From the IMG/VR virus record IMGVR_UViG_2517287023_000001: DNA of 20,000 nt; one strand, given 5' to 3'. The translations under genes and the position numbers were made by a program. The notes under the pieces were generated by a model. It was not told the origin of the DNA and searched no databases. It saw nothing but the letters and a program-made list of their open reading frames with translations. Source of the DNA: an uncultured virus (IMG/VR IMGVR_UViG_2517287023_000001) (Duplodnaviria; Heunggongvirae; Uroviricota; Caudoviricetes). Shown piece by piece: positions 8,095-17,333 of this stretch. Every line of letters begins with the position of its first letter. The stretch's first letter is position 1.

Positions 8095-9254
8095 CAGATG
8101 GTCTCCAAGCGGGCTAGGGAACGGGTGATGCGTCGGACCTCGTGAATCCACTCCGGGTCAGGGCTGGCCTCCTCGGAGCCGACGAGTAGGGTGTGCAGCT
8201 CACCGCCCGCGTCGACCTCAAGATGATCGCCGCGGACCTCCTCGGCCAGCTCCGTTCCGGGCCACAGTTCGACGGTGACAAGGTCGCCGATGTTGGGCGT
8301 GGGCTGTCCGGAACCGGCGACCACCACGACCATGAGTTTCGCTTTCTCGGCCCCCTCAGCTAGGGCTTCGTCCCCGGCCTGGTGCAGCTCCACCAGCTCC
8401 GAGGCTTGCCGTTGGTCGATGAACCGCTCTGAGATGCCCCACTGATGGGCCGCGTCGCTGACGCGGCGGATGATCAGCCGGTCCGCGCCCTCCCCGCCGC
8501 CGCCGACGATCGCGTCGGATACCGTCGGGGCTTCCCCCTCGAGGTGGATGCCCCGCAGGTTGCCCACCGACCGGGAGTAGCGCACCTCAGACGTGCGGTC
8601 CAGCGGGGCGCGAACCACGAAGTGGATCTGCCCGGCCTGCTGCACCGTGTCGAACACCAGCCCGCCGGCGGCGAGCGCGGCGCGGCGCATCGCGTCGCCC
8701 ATCTGCTCAAACCGGGTGCGGTAGGTGATCGCCGTCCCGACACCGGCCGTCGCGCCCAGCGCCAGCGACGGCACCTTCCGGTAGGCCGTGTCCGCCGAGG
8801 TGGAGATGCAGTTGGCGTCCACCAGGTCCCGCAGCACCGATTCGCCGATCGCGGTGCGGGTCCATGCCTCCGGTTGCGCCGGGTCCTCCGGCAGCAGCGT
8901 CGGGTCCGGCAGGGAAACCCTGGCCACGATGTCCGCCAAGTCGGAGCCAAAAGCGAACGTGATCTCGCCAGTGTCCGGCCCGTCGGAGTCGGCGGTCCAG
9001 GCGAACGGCTCCGCCGGCCGCTCGATCGGCCCTGCGGCGAAGTACTCGCCGTCGCGCAGCACCACGGCACGTCGCCCCGGGGTGTACAGGTCAGTCAGCA
9101 GCGCCGGGCCAGCCGGCACCGTGATGAGCCCGGCGGCCGGCTCGTTGTGCTTGCGGTCGATTTCGATGCTCGTCCACGTGGTGATCGGCTGGCCAACCTC
9201 CACAAGGTTCCGGTCGGTCAACAACACCACATACTCATGGATGTCGGTCATCAT
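8094..9254 (-). CDS. Minor tail/baseplate hub protein (ReqiPepy6 Gp37-like)
   Basis: Follows Dit. Motifs IVGGGGEGADR, ERFIDQR, L.QAGDEALAE and GDLVTV; coupled ATGA start. Confidence 0.8.
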   Translation of the reverse strand: MMTDIHEYVVLLTDRNLVEVGQPITTWTSIEIDRKHNEPAAGLITVPAGPALLTDLYTPGRRAVVLRDGEYFAAGPIERPAEPFAWTADSDGPDTGEITFAFGSDLADIVARVSLPDPTLLPEDPAQPEAWTRTAIGESVLRDLVDANCISTSADTAYRKVPSLALGATAGVGTAITYRTRFEQMGDAMRRAALAAGGLVFDTVQQAGQIHFVVRAPLDRTSEVRYSRSVGNLRGIHLEGEAPTVSDAIVGGGGEGADRLIIRRVSDAAHQWGISERFIDQRQASELVELHQAGDEALAEGAEKAKLMVVVVAGSGQPTPNIGDLVTVELWPGTELAEEVRGDHLEVDAGGELHTLLVGSEEASPDPEWIHEVRRITRSLARLETI

Positions 9255-10207
9255 GCGCTCCGGTAGCGAGGCGCGAACGACCACGCCACGCCCGCGCCCA
9301 CGGCGGCCTCGGTCAACGACAGGATGATCCGGTTGTGACCGCGTCGCAGCGGGAACAAGTTCGCGCCGGGCCAGTTCACCGCGCCCGTGGCCGCCTGACC
9401 GGAAGGCCCGTAGATGGCCATCGGGTCGGTGTAAACAGTGATCGTGTCGTTGAGCAGCAGCGGACCGCCGCCGGCGTAGTCCGGATCGATCGCGAAGGAC
9501 TGGCCGGTGTCAGCGTGGGTGAACGTCGCCGACGCGCACGGCCCGGTGATCGTCCACACCGGGTAAGCGGCCAACTGGCCCGGGTTGAAAATGTCCAGGT
9601 CCCCGGTGCCCAGAGTCTTCGACAGCGACACGTTGGGAAACCTGGCCAGGTAGGAACCGTTGTCGGCCAGTTCCAACGCCTCGTCGGAAACCTCATCGGG
9701 CCCGTACCACCACGGCTGCTCACACAACAGCGTGACCAGCAGATTCTCGGCCAGCCGCCCATCATCGTCGGTGTCACCTGGATGCGCGCAGTAGCAGGTG
9801 ATGTGACGGCGGGTGCCGTCAGGACGCCACACCACCAACGTCCCCGCGCCCAGCTCATCAGTTTGCCCGAACCAGTCGAGCAGGTTGCGTTTGCGATCGA
9901 TGAACTCGGTGTGAGTGCTGCCCGTGACCCGCACCGGCAGGTCGATCTCGCGAGCCTCACGGCGCACCGTGCGAACCCGCACGCCACCGCGGGGCAGCTT
10001 GTCCGTGGTCAGCGTGACCGGGACACCACCTAGGCCCCGTAGCCCTTTCAGCAGCCGGTAGCCGGTCTGCCCGGGACTGGTTAGCGGCACCTCGGTGCCG
10101 TCGGGCGCGATCCAGGACGCGCGAGGCACATCCCGGACAGCAGGCGTATCGGGCGGTGTCGGGTCGGGCGGCGGTGGCGTCCCGATGACACCCCGTCTGA
10201 TCGGCAT
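9251..10207 (-). CDS. Distal tail protein (Dit)
   Basis: Immediately downstream of the tape measure gene. Motifs WIAPDGTEVPL, REIDLPV, NPGQ.AAYPVWTITGP and LFPLRRGHN. Confidence 0.85.
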   Translation of the reverse strand: MPIRRGVIGTPPPPDPTPPDTPAVRDVPRASWIAPDGTEVPLTSPGQTGYRLLKGLRGLGGVPVTLTTDKLPRGGVRVRTVRREAREIDLPVRVTGSTHTEFIDRKRNLLDWFGQTDELGAGTLVVWRPDGTRRHITCYCAHPGDTDDDGRLAENLLVTLLCEQPWWYGPDEVSDEALELADNGSYLARFPNVSLSKTLGTGDLDIFNPGQLAAYPVWTITGPCASATFTHADTGQSFAIDPDYAGGGPLLLNDTITVYTDPMAIYGPSGQAATGAVNWPGANLFPLRRGHNRIILSLTEAAVGAGVAWSFAPRYRSA

Positions 10208-12472
10208 CTAGCGTGGCCTCCCCACTCGTGCGCGGACCTCCCGGCGGCGCTGGTGGCGCTCGACATCGGCCAACGTCACGTTGGGTCCGGTGATGTTCAC
10301 CGTGTCGCCCCCCCGGCTACGCACGATCACCGGAGGCTGCGCGGCCGGCGTGGCCGGTCGTGCCTGCGGGCCGGCGACTTGCAGGTGCGCCATCATCTGC
10401 GGGCGCATCGCGTCGAACTGACGCAGCAGCGCGGGCATGGCCTGACGCACACCGTCACCGATACCCGCCGGCACCCACCGGCCGACCTCACGCGCGGCCA
10501 CCTTGGACGGCGAGGAGATGCCGAGTGCGCCCTTCGCGCCTCGGATGATCCCGCCGACAGCGCCCTTCACTGTGCTGATGGCCCGTCCGACGGAGCCTTT
10601 GATGCCCGAGATCATGCCGTTGATGATTTGGGTGCCGATGCTGCGGGCCGCGCTGACAAACGAGCTGCCCACGCCGCGTACCTTGCTCACCAGCGATTTA
10701 ATCGGGCTTAGCACCCTGCTGACGATCGTGGACGCGACCTGGACGGCGGCGTTGACGCCGCCACGGAACACCCCGACGATATGACTCCACAGACCAGAGA
10801 CGAACGGGCCTAGACTCGCCCACCCCTTGGCGGTGTGCAAAAACCGGATGAATGCCCCTGCAAGCGTGGACACCCAATTCACTGCCTTCGCTATCCACTG
10901 GATGAGCACAGTCAGCACCGGGATGACCACCCCAGCCAGCGTCGCCTGCACCTCCCAGAGTCGAGCCTGGAGCGTGACCAGTAGCTCTATCAGGGGTATC
11001 AGCACGGGCAACAACGCCAGCAGGACATCTACCAGCGCCGCCACCAGCGGAACTAGCTGCGGCAGCAGTTCAGCGCCCATCTGCGCAAACAGCGGCAGCA
11101 GCTCCAGAAACAGCGGTAGCAGCGCGTCCAACGCCGTGATCAAACCCGAGTACAACACTTGTACGATCTGCGACAGCACCGGGAGTAGCTGCGCCGCCGC
11201 GTCCAGCAGCGTCGTGACCGCCGTACTCAGCAGCTCCCCCAGCAGGCCGCCGAGCTGACTAACCAGCGGCGTCATCGCCGCGAAGTGTTCCGCCAGCAGG
11301 GGCAGGATCGGACCCAGCCCGGACACCAACGCCTCAACGATCATGGTCAGGCCCGGGATCAGTGCCTGCACGGCACCGGCTAGCCCGGTGGCCAGGACCG
11401 CCACCAGCTCACCGAGCAGGGGCAGCAGGGGCGCGACCGCCGCGACCACCGCGCCGAGCGCGGACAGCACCGGGCCAAGCGCCGGGGCGATCTTCGACAC
11501 CGTCTCCTTGATCGTGCCGAAAATCGTCTCCAGGATTTTCAAGCCCTCGGCGGAGTTCAGGAAACGGTCGACCTGCCCCAGCACCTGCCCGAGCGTGTCC
11601 AGCAGCCCACCCGACACGCTCGTAGCGGCCTTGATGACCGCGCCGAAGATCCCGCCGACGGCGCGTAGCACCGCCATCAACTGCTGCAACGCGGCCAGGC
11701 CGTCGTTCACCCAGTCCATGAGCTGCCCGGACTTGGACACCTCCGCCAGCCACTCACCGAACGTGTCCATGACCCGACCGATGGCAGCCCCGAGGCGTTC
11801 CACCAGGGGCGCTGTCGCGCCGAACGCGGCACCGAACCCGGTGACCAGCGGACCGAAGGCGTCACCGATGTGGACCAGCGCCGTGCGCGTGGCATCCAAC
11901 AGCCGAGTGACACCAGCGACCACGACCTGAGAGCGGGCCGCGGCAGCCGCGTTCGCGAACGCCGACCCCCACGCCTCACCGATCTTGCCAAGTTTGGTCT
12001 CTAACAGCGGCAGATACACCCCGGCCAGAGCAGAGATCTGCCCCTGCACGCGGCTGAAGATGCCGCCCTCCACCGACCGCCGCACGGCGTCCCAGCCGTC
12101 GGCCTGCGCCTTGATCTCGTCGTGGACAGCGCGGGCGGCCGGCGTCAGCTTCGCCAGGGCCTCCTCGCTGCCGCCCAACGCCTCGGTCAGAGTGGATGTG
12201 CCCACTTTCAGCGCTACGGCGGCGACAGCCGCCGCGCCGAGCACCGCCGGCAGCGCCCCCACCAGGCCAACCATCGGGGCCAACGCCCCCACCAGCGCGA
12301 AGACGCTCACCGCCGTGTTCGCCAGGGCGACGCCGAGCAGGCTCCACGCGGCGGTTTTGGCCGCCAGTTTCGCCGTGGATATCAGACTGGCCCGCATCCT
12401 GGCCATGCCCCGCTGGAAGTTGCGGTCATCGACGCCGACCTTGGCGTAGAGGTCACCGACTTTGAGCGCCAC
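10208..12472 (-). CDS. Tape measure protein
   Basis: 754 aa, Ala/Leu/Gly-rich amphipathic repeats, N-terminal MALKVGDLYA and C-terminal LGISSPSKV. Follows the chaperone pair. Confidence 0.93.
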   Translation of the reverse strand: MALKVGDLYAKVGVDDRNFQRGMARMRASLISTAKLAAKTAAWSLLGVALANTAVSVFALVGALAPMVGLVGALPAVLGAAAVAAVALKVGTSTLTEALGGSEEALAKLTPAARAVHDEIKAQADGWDAVRRSVEGGIFSRVQGQISALAGVYLPLLETKLGKIGEAWGSAFANAAAAARSQVVVAGVTRLLDATRTALVHIGDAFGPLVTGFGAAFGATAPLVERLGAAIGRVMDTFGEWLAEVSKSGQLMDWVNDGLAALQQLMAVLRAVGGIFGAVIKAATSVSGGLLDTLGQVLGQVDRFLNSAEGLKILETIFGTIKETVSKIAPALGPVLSALGAVVAAVAPLLPLLGELVAVLATGLAGAVQALIPGLTMIVEALVSGLGPILPLLAEHFAAMTPLVSQLGGLLGELLSTAVTTLLDAAAQLLPVLSQIVQVLYSGLITALDALLPLFLELLPLFAQMGAELLPQLVPLVAALVDVLLALLPVLIPLIELLVTLQARLWEVQATLAGVVIPVLTVLIQWIAKAVNWVSTLAGAFIRFLHTAKGWASLGPFVSGLWSHIVGVFRGGVNAAVQVASTIVSRVLSPIKSLVSKVRGVGSSFVSAARSIGTQIINGMISGIKGSVGRAISTVKGAVGGIIRGAKGALGISSPSKVAAREVGRWVPAGIGDGVRQAMPALLRQFDAMRPQMMAHLQVAGPQARPATPAAQPPVIVRSRGGDTVNITGPNVTLADVERHQRRREVRARVGRPR

Positions 12473-12534
12473 CTGTCACCCCCTTCCCGCCGGGCGGCCC
12501 GTGCCCCCCGCGCCTCGAAAAGGGGGGGCGGCGG

Positions 12535-12849
12535 TCACAGGAATTGATCAATGAATTGCTGCGCCTCGGTGGGGGTACTCAGGCTGCGTCTCGAGTCACC
12601 CACGACGCTGGCGAACGCCGACTGTGGACTCAACCCGGCGATGTCCTCGGCCAGATCCTGATGCCCCAGCGCGGCGATGTCGGCGCGGGTGTACCCGTAC
12701 TCACGGCGTAGATCCCCGACCACCTGCAACCAGTGGCCTCTTACCTGCGTCCACCCGTCCGGCGCGTCCTCGTCGCCGGCTTCGACGTACCCGCCGTCCG
12801 CGAGGCGGCGCGTCGGCCGGTCCGGTTGACCGGCTCGGGGGCTTTTCCC
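12535..12849 (-). CDS. Tail assembly chaperone, -1 frameshift extension (gpT-like portion)
   Basis: The -1 frame from the slippery site is open (KSPRAGQPDRP...GWTQVRGHWLQVVGDLRREYG...) to the stop at 12535. Confidence 0.8.
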   Translation of the reverse strand, partial: GKSPRAGQPDRPTRRLADGGYVEAGDEDAPDGWTQVRGHWLQVVGDLRREYGYTRADIAALGHQDLAEDIAGLSPQSAFASVVGDSRRSLSTPTEAQQFIDQFL

Positions 12850-13289
12850 GGCTGCGTGTCCTCCACCATCCCCGCGACCCGGGCGAAACTCACCGCCGGT
12901 TTACCCGGCGGACGCATCCCGTTGATCAACGCCCACGTGAAGATGATCAACAGTTGTTCGGAGCCGAGCCCGTCGGAGAGCCACCCATCCAAGGTGACCT
13001 GCCCGTCGACCCCGGCCAGGTCCAGCATCAGCACCAGCAACCGTTGAATCTCATCGGCGTCATCGCTGGACAGGTCCAACGCCTTGCCGGGCCGAAGCAT
13101 GATCTCCGCTGGTACCTGCGTGGGGATCGGCACCGCCACACCCAGGATCTGCGTGGTAGGCCGGCTGGCCACCCGCTGTGACCACCACGCGTCGAAGTCG
13201 TGGTCGGTGGTGGTTTCCCCGTCCGGGACGCTGTCATAGAACGAGGCGTCGAGCTCCGCGACGCTGTCGGCATGTGGGTGGGGCGTCAT
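12741..13289 (-). CDS. Tail assembly chaperone (gpG-like)
   Basis: Lies between tail tube and tape measure genes, has a DFDAWW motif, and contains the slippery site. Confidence 0.85.
   Translation of the reverse strand: MTPHPHADSVAELDASFYDSVPDGETTTDHDFDAWWSQRVASRPTTQILGVAVPIPTQVPAEIMLRPGKALDLSSDDADEIQRLLVLMLDLAGVDGQVTLDGWLSDGLGSEQLLIIFTWALINGMRPPGKPAVSFARVAGMVEDTQPGKAPEPVNRTGRRAASRTAGTSKPATRTRRTGGRR
12843..12849 (-). other. Programmed -1 ribosomal frameshift heptamer G GGA AAA
   Basis: CCG GGA AAA GCC in the chaperone frame fits X XXY YYZ, in the canonical position before the tape measure gene. Confidence 0.85.
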
Positions 13290-13291
13290 GC

Positions 13292-13747
13292 TCACACCAC
13301 CGCCTCGGTGCTCGGCGCTCCGCAGCGCACAAACTCCGCGTTCCACGACGCCTTGTCGTTGAGTCCGCCGCCCTGCTCACCAACAGAGACGGTGGCCTTC
13401 CACACCTTCCACGTCGTGGACCCCGGGTACCGGAACCGGACATCGATCTGACTGTCGTAGCCCAGCAGCACCGCGTGGGCCTCCACCAGTTCCTGCCCCG
13501 GGTCCCGCACCCCCGTGGCCGGATCTTGCAGGAACCGCCCCTCCAAGCTGAGGGACGCGCCGAGCTGCATCTTCTCTTGGCCGTAGTAGCCCTCGGAGTC
13601 CCACACTGTGGTGTCGGCGAACTCCTCGTTTTCGTTGTAGGACACGGTGCCCGACAGGAGCCCGCCGACACCCGTCCACGTCGGCACGGCGTCCATGTCC
13701 GAGACCTCAAAAATCAGGTCCCTCGCGTTGATCTGGCGCGTGGCCAT
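13292..13747 (-). CDS. Major tail (tube) protein
   Basis: 151 aa acidic beta-type protein (INARDLIFEV, ADTTVWDSEG, RDPGQELVE, GGGLNDKASW), upstream of the chaperones. Confidence 0.85.
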   Translation of the reverse strand: MATRQINARDLIFEVSDMDAVPTWTGVGGLLSGTVSYNENEEFADTTVWDSEGYYGQEKMQLGASLSLEGRFLQDPATGVRDPGQELVEAHAVLLGYDSQIDVRFRYPGSTTWKVWKATVSVGEQGGGLNDKASWNAEFVRCGAPSTEAVV

Positions 13748-13768
13748 TACTCATCCCCCAAAGAGTTC

Positions 13769-14191
13769 TCAGAACGGGTGTTCGATGGATGCCCGGAACG
13801 CCGCGGTGTGCACGTGCAAGCCGTTCGCGTCCGGGCCCACATGCACCGGCTCCGACTGCTGGCACTGGCAGTCCACGACGAAAATCCCGTCGGGCAGCTC
13901 CACATAGGCCAAGCCGTGCAACGCCGCGACCACCTCACGGCACTTCACCCGAGACAGCCGCGAATCGCCGCTACCCCGCACCCGCACCGTGAACGTGGGC
14001 TCCGACCAGTGAGGCGCACCGGCGGGTGAGGCAGCGCCCCCCGTCCCGTAGACGGTGATGCACTGCCCCGGCTGCGGAGGCTGATGCTCCAGGTAGATCG
14101 GCCACACCTTGCCGGGCACCCCACTCGGGACGTAGGTGCCCACCCCGGCGGCGTCCAGGAGGTGAGCCACCCCGCCGACAAAGCCCGCCAT
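13769..14191 (-). CDS. Tail terminator (neck) protein
   Basis: 140 aa directly before the tail tube gene. Motifs TVRVRG, LHGL and QQSEPVHVGPDANG. Confidence 0.75.
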   Translation of the reverse strand: MAGFVGGVAHLLDAAGVGTYVPSGVPGKVWPIYLEHQPPQPGQCITVYGTGGAASPAGAPHWSEPTFTVRVRGSGDSRLSRVKCREVVAALHGLAYVELPDGIFVVDCQCQQSEPVHVGPDANGLHVHTAAFRASIEHPF

Positions 14192-14550
14192 CAGCGCAAC
14201 TCCCGCCGCACGGCCGCAGCGATGATGTCGCGTACCGCCGTCCGCGACGCGGCGTGCGGCTGCTCCAGATACTTGGCCTGCCGGCCCGGGTCATGCCGCC
14301 ACGTGACCTCCTCGTGCTGGCGGGCGGCGTACACCGTGTCGAAGCTGACCGTGCCCTCGAGCGCGGACGCATCCACGTCCGTGGCTCCTGAGGCGACCAG
14401 CACCCCCTCCTGAAGGGGCGTAACCGCCTGTGCCTGGCTCAACACATACTCGGCGGCAGCGTGTAGGCCCCTCACCGCGCCGGCCTGCTCCCGCCGCCGC
14501 GCCACGGCCACGCCCTTCGTGCTGACGGTGGTCTTGATCCGCACCCCCAC
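14191..14550 (-). CDS. Neck/tail-completion protein (HK97 gp10-like)
   Basis: GTG 14550 with RBS AAGGGGG. Motifs PLQEGVLVASG, VSFDTVYAARQHE and HDPGRQAKYLEQP. Confidence 0.8.
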   Translation of the reverse strand: MGVRIKTTVSTKGVAVARRREQAGAVRGLHAAAEYVLSQAQAVTPLQEGVLVASGATDVDASALEGTVSFDTVYAARQHEEVTWRHDPGRQAKYLEQPHAASRTAVRDIIAAAVRRELR

Positions 14551-14566
14551 GATTTCCCCCTTCGTC

Positions 14567-14746
14567 TCACTGGTTGGAGCCGGAGGGGGCACGGCGGCGC
14601 GCGGCGGCCGACGTCGGCTCCGGCGCACGTTGCTGGCCTGCCGGCGGCACGAGCGTCCACTGATCGTCGGCGGTAACCCGCCGGTCTTCGTAGGTCCCGG
14701 GCACGGTGCGCTTACGCTCGCCGTGCTCGTGCGTCCAGAGCGGCAC
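14567..14746 (-). CDS. Small hypothetical protein (59 aa, MPLWTHEHGERKRTVPGTYEDRR...)
   Basis: Strong RBS GAGGAGG 6 nt before GTG 14746, stop just upstream of the next gene's RBS. This is an internal start within ORF 14567..14923. Confidence 0.6.
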   Translation of the reverse strand: MPLWTHEHGERKRTVPGTYEDRRVTADDQWTLVPPAGQQRAPEPTSAAARRRAPSGSNQ

Positions 14747-14818
14747 GATCGGCCTCCTCGCTATGGTGTTGGCTACCCCGCCACGGCGGGACGTGTGGTT
14801 CGGTGAGAGGAGCCCCTG

Positions 14819-15502
14819 TTGACAACGGCGGACGACAGGCCGTACCGGCTGGTCACTGAACACGGCGAGGCATGGATGCTCACCACCGGGGGCGAGTACA
14901 CCGACCGCACCCACAGCCGGCATCGCTCACTCGACGCGCTGCACGCCGAACACACGGTGCGGCCCGTGCTGCCGGTCACCGAGCAAGACCACCAACTCCT
15001 ACAGGAGGCGTTGCGCCGTGCCGGCCGTAGAGCCGTCGCATCCCTGGCGTCCGCGCTCGACCTGGTGTGTCACGAACTCCGCGAGTCCCTGGGCGGTCAA
15101 GCGTCGATGCAGACGATGATCGCCGGAAGACCGGGCAGTTGGGAGTCGGCCGCGTTGCAGGAGGTCATCTGGTTCGGTGCCACCCTCAACCGGCCCCGGC
15201 TCGGCGGCAACGTGACGCAGACGCGCGCCGCCGGCCCCAACGCACGCGTTGACCCTGCCGCGCAGCAGACCATGGCGGAGATCATCCGCCGGTGGGTGAG
15301 CGACCCGCACCGATACACCGAGGTCGCCGAAACGCTGGCCGACATCGTGTCCCAACATGCTGATGAACACCACGGCGTGCACGGCTGGGCCGAAATAGCC
15401 GATGACCGGCTGCAACCAGGACCGGCGGCCGACGAGAACTCCTACACCTGCTACAAGCTGCTGTACTCCCTCTCCCAGCACCTAGACCCGGCACTGCTGT
15501 GA
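14819..15502 (+). CDS. Hypothetical protein, antisense moron gene
   Basis: RBS GAGGAG before TTG, globular composition, AGRPGSWE motif, opposite strand to the structural operon. Confidence 0.75.
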   Translation: MTTADDRPYRLVTEHGEAWMLTTGGEYTDRTHSRHRSLDALHAEHTVRPVLPVTEQDHQLLQEALRRAGRRAVASLASALDLVCHELRESLGGQASMQTMIAGRPGSWESAALQEVIWFGATLNRPRLGGNVTQTRAAGPNARVDPAAQQTMAEIIRRWVSDPHRYTEVAETLADIVSQHADEHHGVHGWAEIADDRLQPGPAADENSYTCYKLLYSLSQHLDPALL

Positions 15503-15558
15503 CCCGCCCCGTCCGGGAATGGCAACACACCATCCGCGTGATGCGAGGATGAGCGGCC

Positions 15559-15789
15559 GTGAGCGCTGCCCCTGATCCGAACGCGGAGTGGTGGACTACC
15601 ACCGACGTAGCCCGATACCTCGGCATCTCAGTGTCCGCTGTGACGAACTACCGCAAACGCAAACAGATGCCGCAACCTGACAAGACGATCGGGCGTACCC
15701 GCATGTGGCGTCCGATCAGGATCATCACCTGGCACGCGGGCCGCCCCCGCCCCGGCGTCGGTGGCCGTCCCACGACCACCGACACGTAG
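15559..15789 (+). CDS. AlpA/excisionase-like winged-HTH protein
   Basis: WWTTTDVARYLGISVSAVTNYRKRKQMPQPD..IGRTRMW is a MerR/AlpA-type HTH with wing; RBS GAGGA. Confidence 0.85.
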   Translation: MSAAPDPNAEWWTTTDVARYLGISVSAVTNYRKRKQMPQPDKTIGRTRMWRPIRIITWHAGRPRPGVGGRPTTTDT

Positions 15790-15803
15790 CCGCACCCGGT
15801 GCG

Positions 15804-16136
15804 TCAGTTCCCGGCGATCTCCACGTGCTCCGGCACGTCGAACCCGCCCCCCTCGCGGCGGGCAACACTCAACGCCACGATCTGTTGCCCCGAGGGCAAC
15901 GTCACGCGCGAATCGACGGGACAGTCGGTGGCCACGGCCGCGTACACGGTCGCAGTGACGGTCACCGTCTCGCCCGTGGCCGCACGCAGGACCCGGTGGC
16001 GCTCATCCACCCACACCGGGGCCACCTCGACCGGCGGCCCGTAGACGTTACCGCCGCCGGCGTCCTTACCCCGGTACGCCTCGATGACCACACCGAACCC
16101 GGCACCGTGCATGTCCAGTAGATCCGTCACGTCCAC
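15804..16136 (-). CDS. Head closure (head-to-tail stopper) protein
   Basis: 110 aa with YRGKDAGGGNVYGPP, RVLRAATGETV and CPVDSRVTLPSG; follows the adaptor gene. Confidence 0.8.
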   Translation of the reverse strand: MDVTDLLDMHGAGFGVVIEAYRGKDAGGGNVYGPPVEVAPVWVDERHRVLRAATGETVTVTATVYAAVATDCPVDSRVTLPSGQQIVALSVARREGGGFDVPEHVEIAGN

Positions 16137-16139
16137 GCT

Positions 16140-16829
16140 TCACCACCCGGTCACAGGGCCCTGGTTGAGCAGCCCGGCCTGAAACAGAAACTCCCGGGCG
16201 TCGTGGCTGTAGCGCGGCGGCGCGGTCGTGCCCGAAGCAGTCACCGCCCGCCCCACCGACACAGAGCCGATCGACACCGACGACAGCGTGCCGAGCGCGC
16301 CGCGCCCGTACGGGTCACCGATAGCCCGCATGTAGTCCGCCTGGGCGCACGCGGCCCACCGCATGGCCTGCCGATGCCCGGCGTCGACCGGGTAGCCGTC
16401 GTCGTCGGTGTCGTACATGGCGGTGGTCAGCAGCTCGTCAACGCGCCGCGACGCGACCCACAAGGCCCGCCCCACCCCCGCCGGAGGTGCCGCGCTGATC
16501 CACCGGGCGTAGTCCGCGCTGTCCGCATACACCCGGCCGTCGGCCGGCGACGTCATCGGCGCGGGCGCCACCGCCACCGTGTCGTAGCTGCTGCCCGCGC
16601 CGGTGCCGGTGATCGACCAGGCGTACACCCACTGTCCGGGCTGCCCGAAGGTCACCGTCGCCGCCGCGGTGTGGGTCTGCCCTCCGTCGGAGGCCACACA
16701 CCCGATCGGCGCACCAGCCACACCGTCTGGGCCGGTCACGGTCACAGTCACCGCCGTATCCGCGCCGACCCCGCCGTCGGTGAGCGTCAGCACGGGCGTG
16801 ACCGTCTCACCCTCGTAGATCGTCACCAT
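16140..16829 (-). CDS. Head-to-tail adaptor with N-terminal Ig-like domain
   Basis: RBS GGAGG before ATG 16829. C-terminal half VYADSADY...ASRRVDELL...AACAQA...SSVSIGSVSV is adaptor-type; the N-terminal ~95 aa are Thr/Val-rich beta. Confidence 0.75.
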   Translation of the reverse strand: MVTIYEGETVTPVLTLTDGGVGADTAVTVTVTGPDGVAGAPIGCVASDGGQTHTAAATVTFGQPGQWVYAWSITGTGAGSSYDTVAVAPAPMTSPADGRVYADSADYARWISAAPPAGVGRALWVASRRVDELLTTAMYDTDDDGYPVDAGHRQAMRWAACAQADYMRAIGDPYGRGALGTLSSVSIGSVSVGRAVTASGTTAPPRYSHDAREFLFQAGLLNQGPVTGW

Positions 16830-16970
16830 GGGCCTCCTGCAACAGCGAAGGGTATGCACCCCGGCCGAGGGTTCAGGCGGGGCGCGGGCAAACGGGCTCC
16901 CCCCGTCACCCCCGGCCGGGAGATCAACGCCAGGTCACACCGTGACCCGGCGCAGTGTCGACGCACGCGG

Positions 16971-17333
16971 TCAGTCGGCCGGCGCGCGTGCGGTGACGGT
17001 GCGGGTAGCGAGGTCGATGAGGTCGTGCTTGGTCATCGCCTCGACGTCATCCGGAGCCGTGCCAAGGTTGCGCACCACCCACCCGACCCACTCCGCCTTG
17101 AGCGCGCCCCTATCCGGCAGCGACTCCCACTCGCCGCCGGGCAGCACGGCCGGACGTTGCCCGGACGACTCGGGCTGCCCATCAGCCGGCGGCGGCGTGT
17201 ACGGGCTGCCGTCGGCGTTGACACGGCGCAGATACCCCTTGGTGACCTTGTCGGCTTGCGTTTCGGGCAGGGGCAGCGCCATCTCCCAGATGACGCCCCC
17301 CTCACCCTTGAAGTGGCCCGTCTGCTGCATCAC
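16971..17333 (-). CDS. Hypothetical head-region protein
   Basis: Coupled to the upstream stop (GTGATG). C-terminal KAEWVGW...EAMTKHDLI is a small helical motif typical of genes just after the capsid gene. Confidence 0.75.
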   Translation of the reverse strand: MMQQTGHFKGEGGVIWEMALPLPETQADKVTKGYLRRVNADGSPYTPPPADGQPESSGQRPAVLPGGEWESLPDRGALKAEWVGWVVRNLGTAPDDVEAMTKHDLIDLATRTVTARAPAD

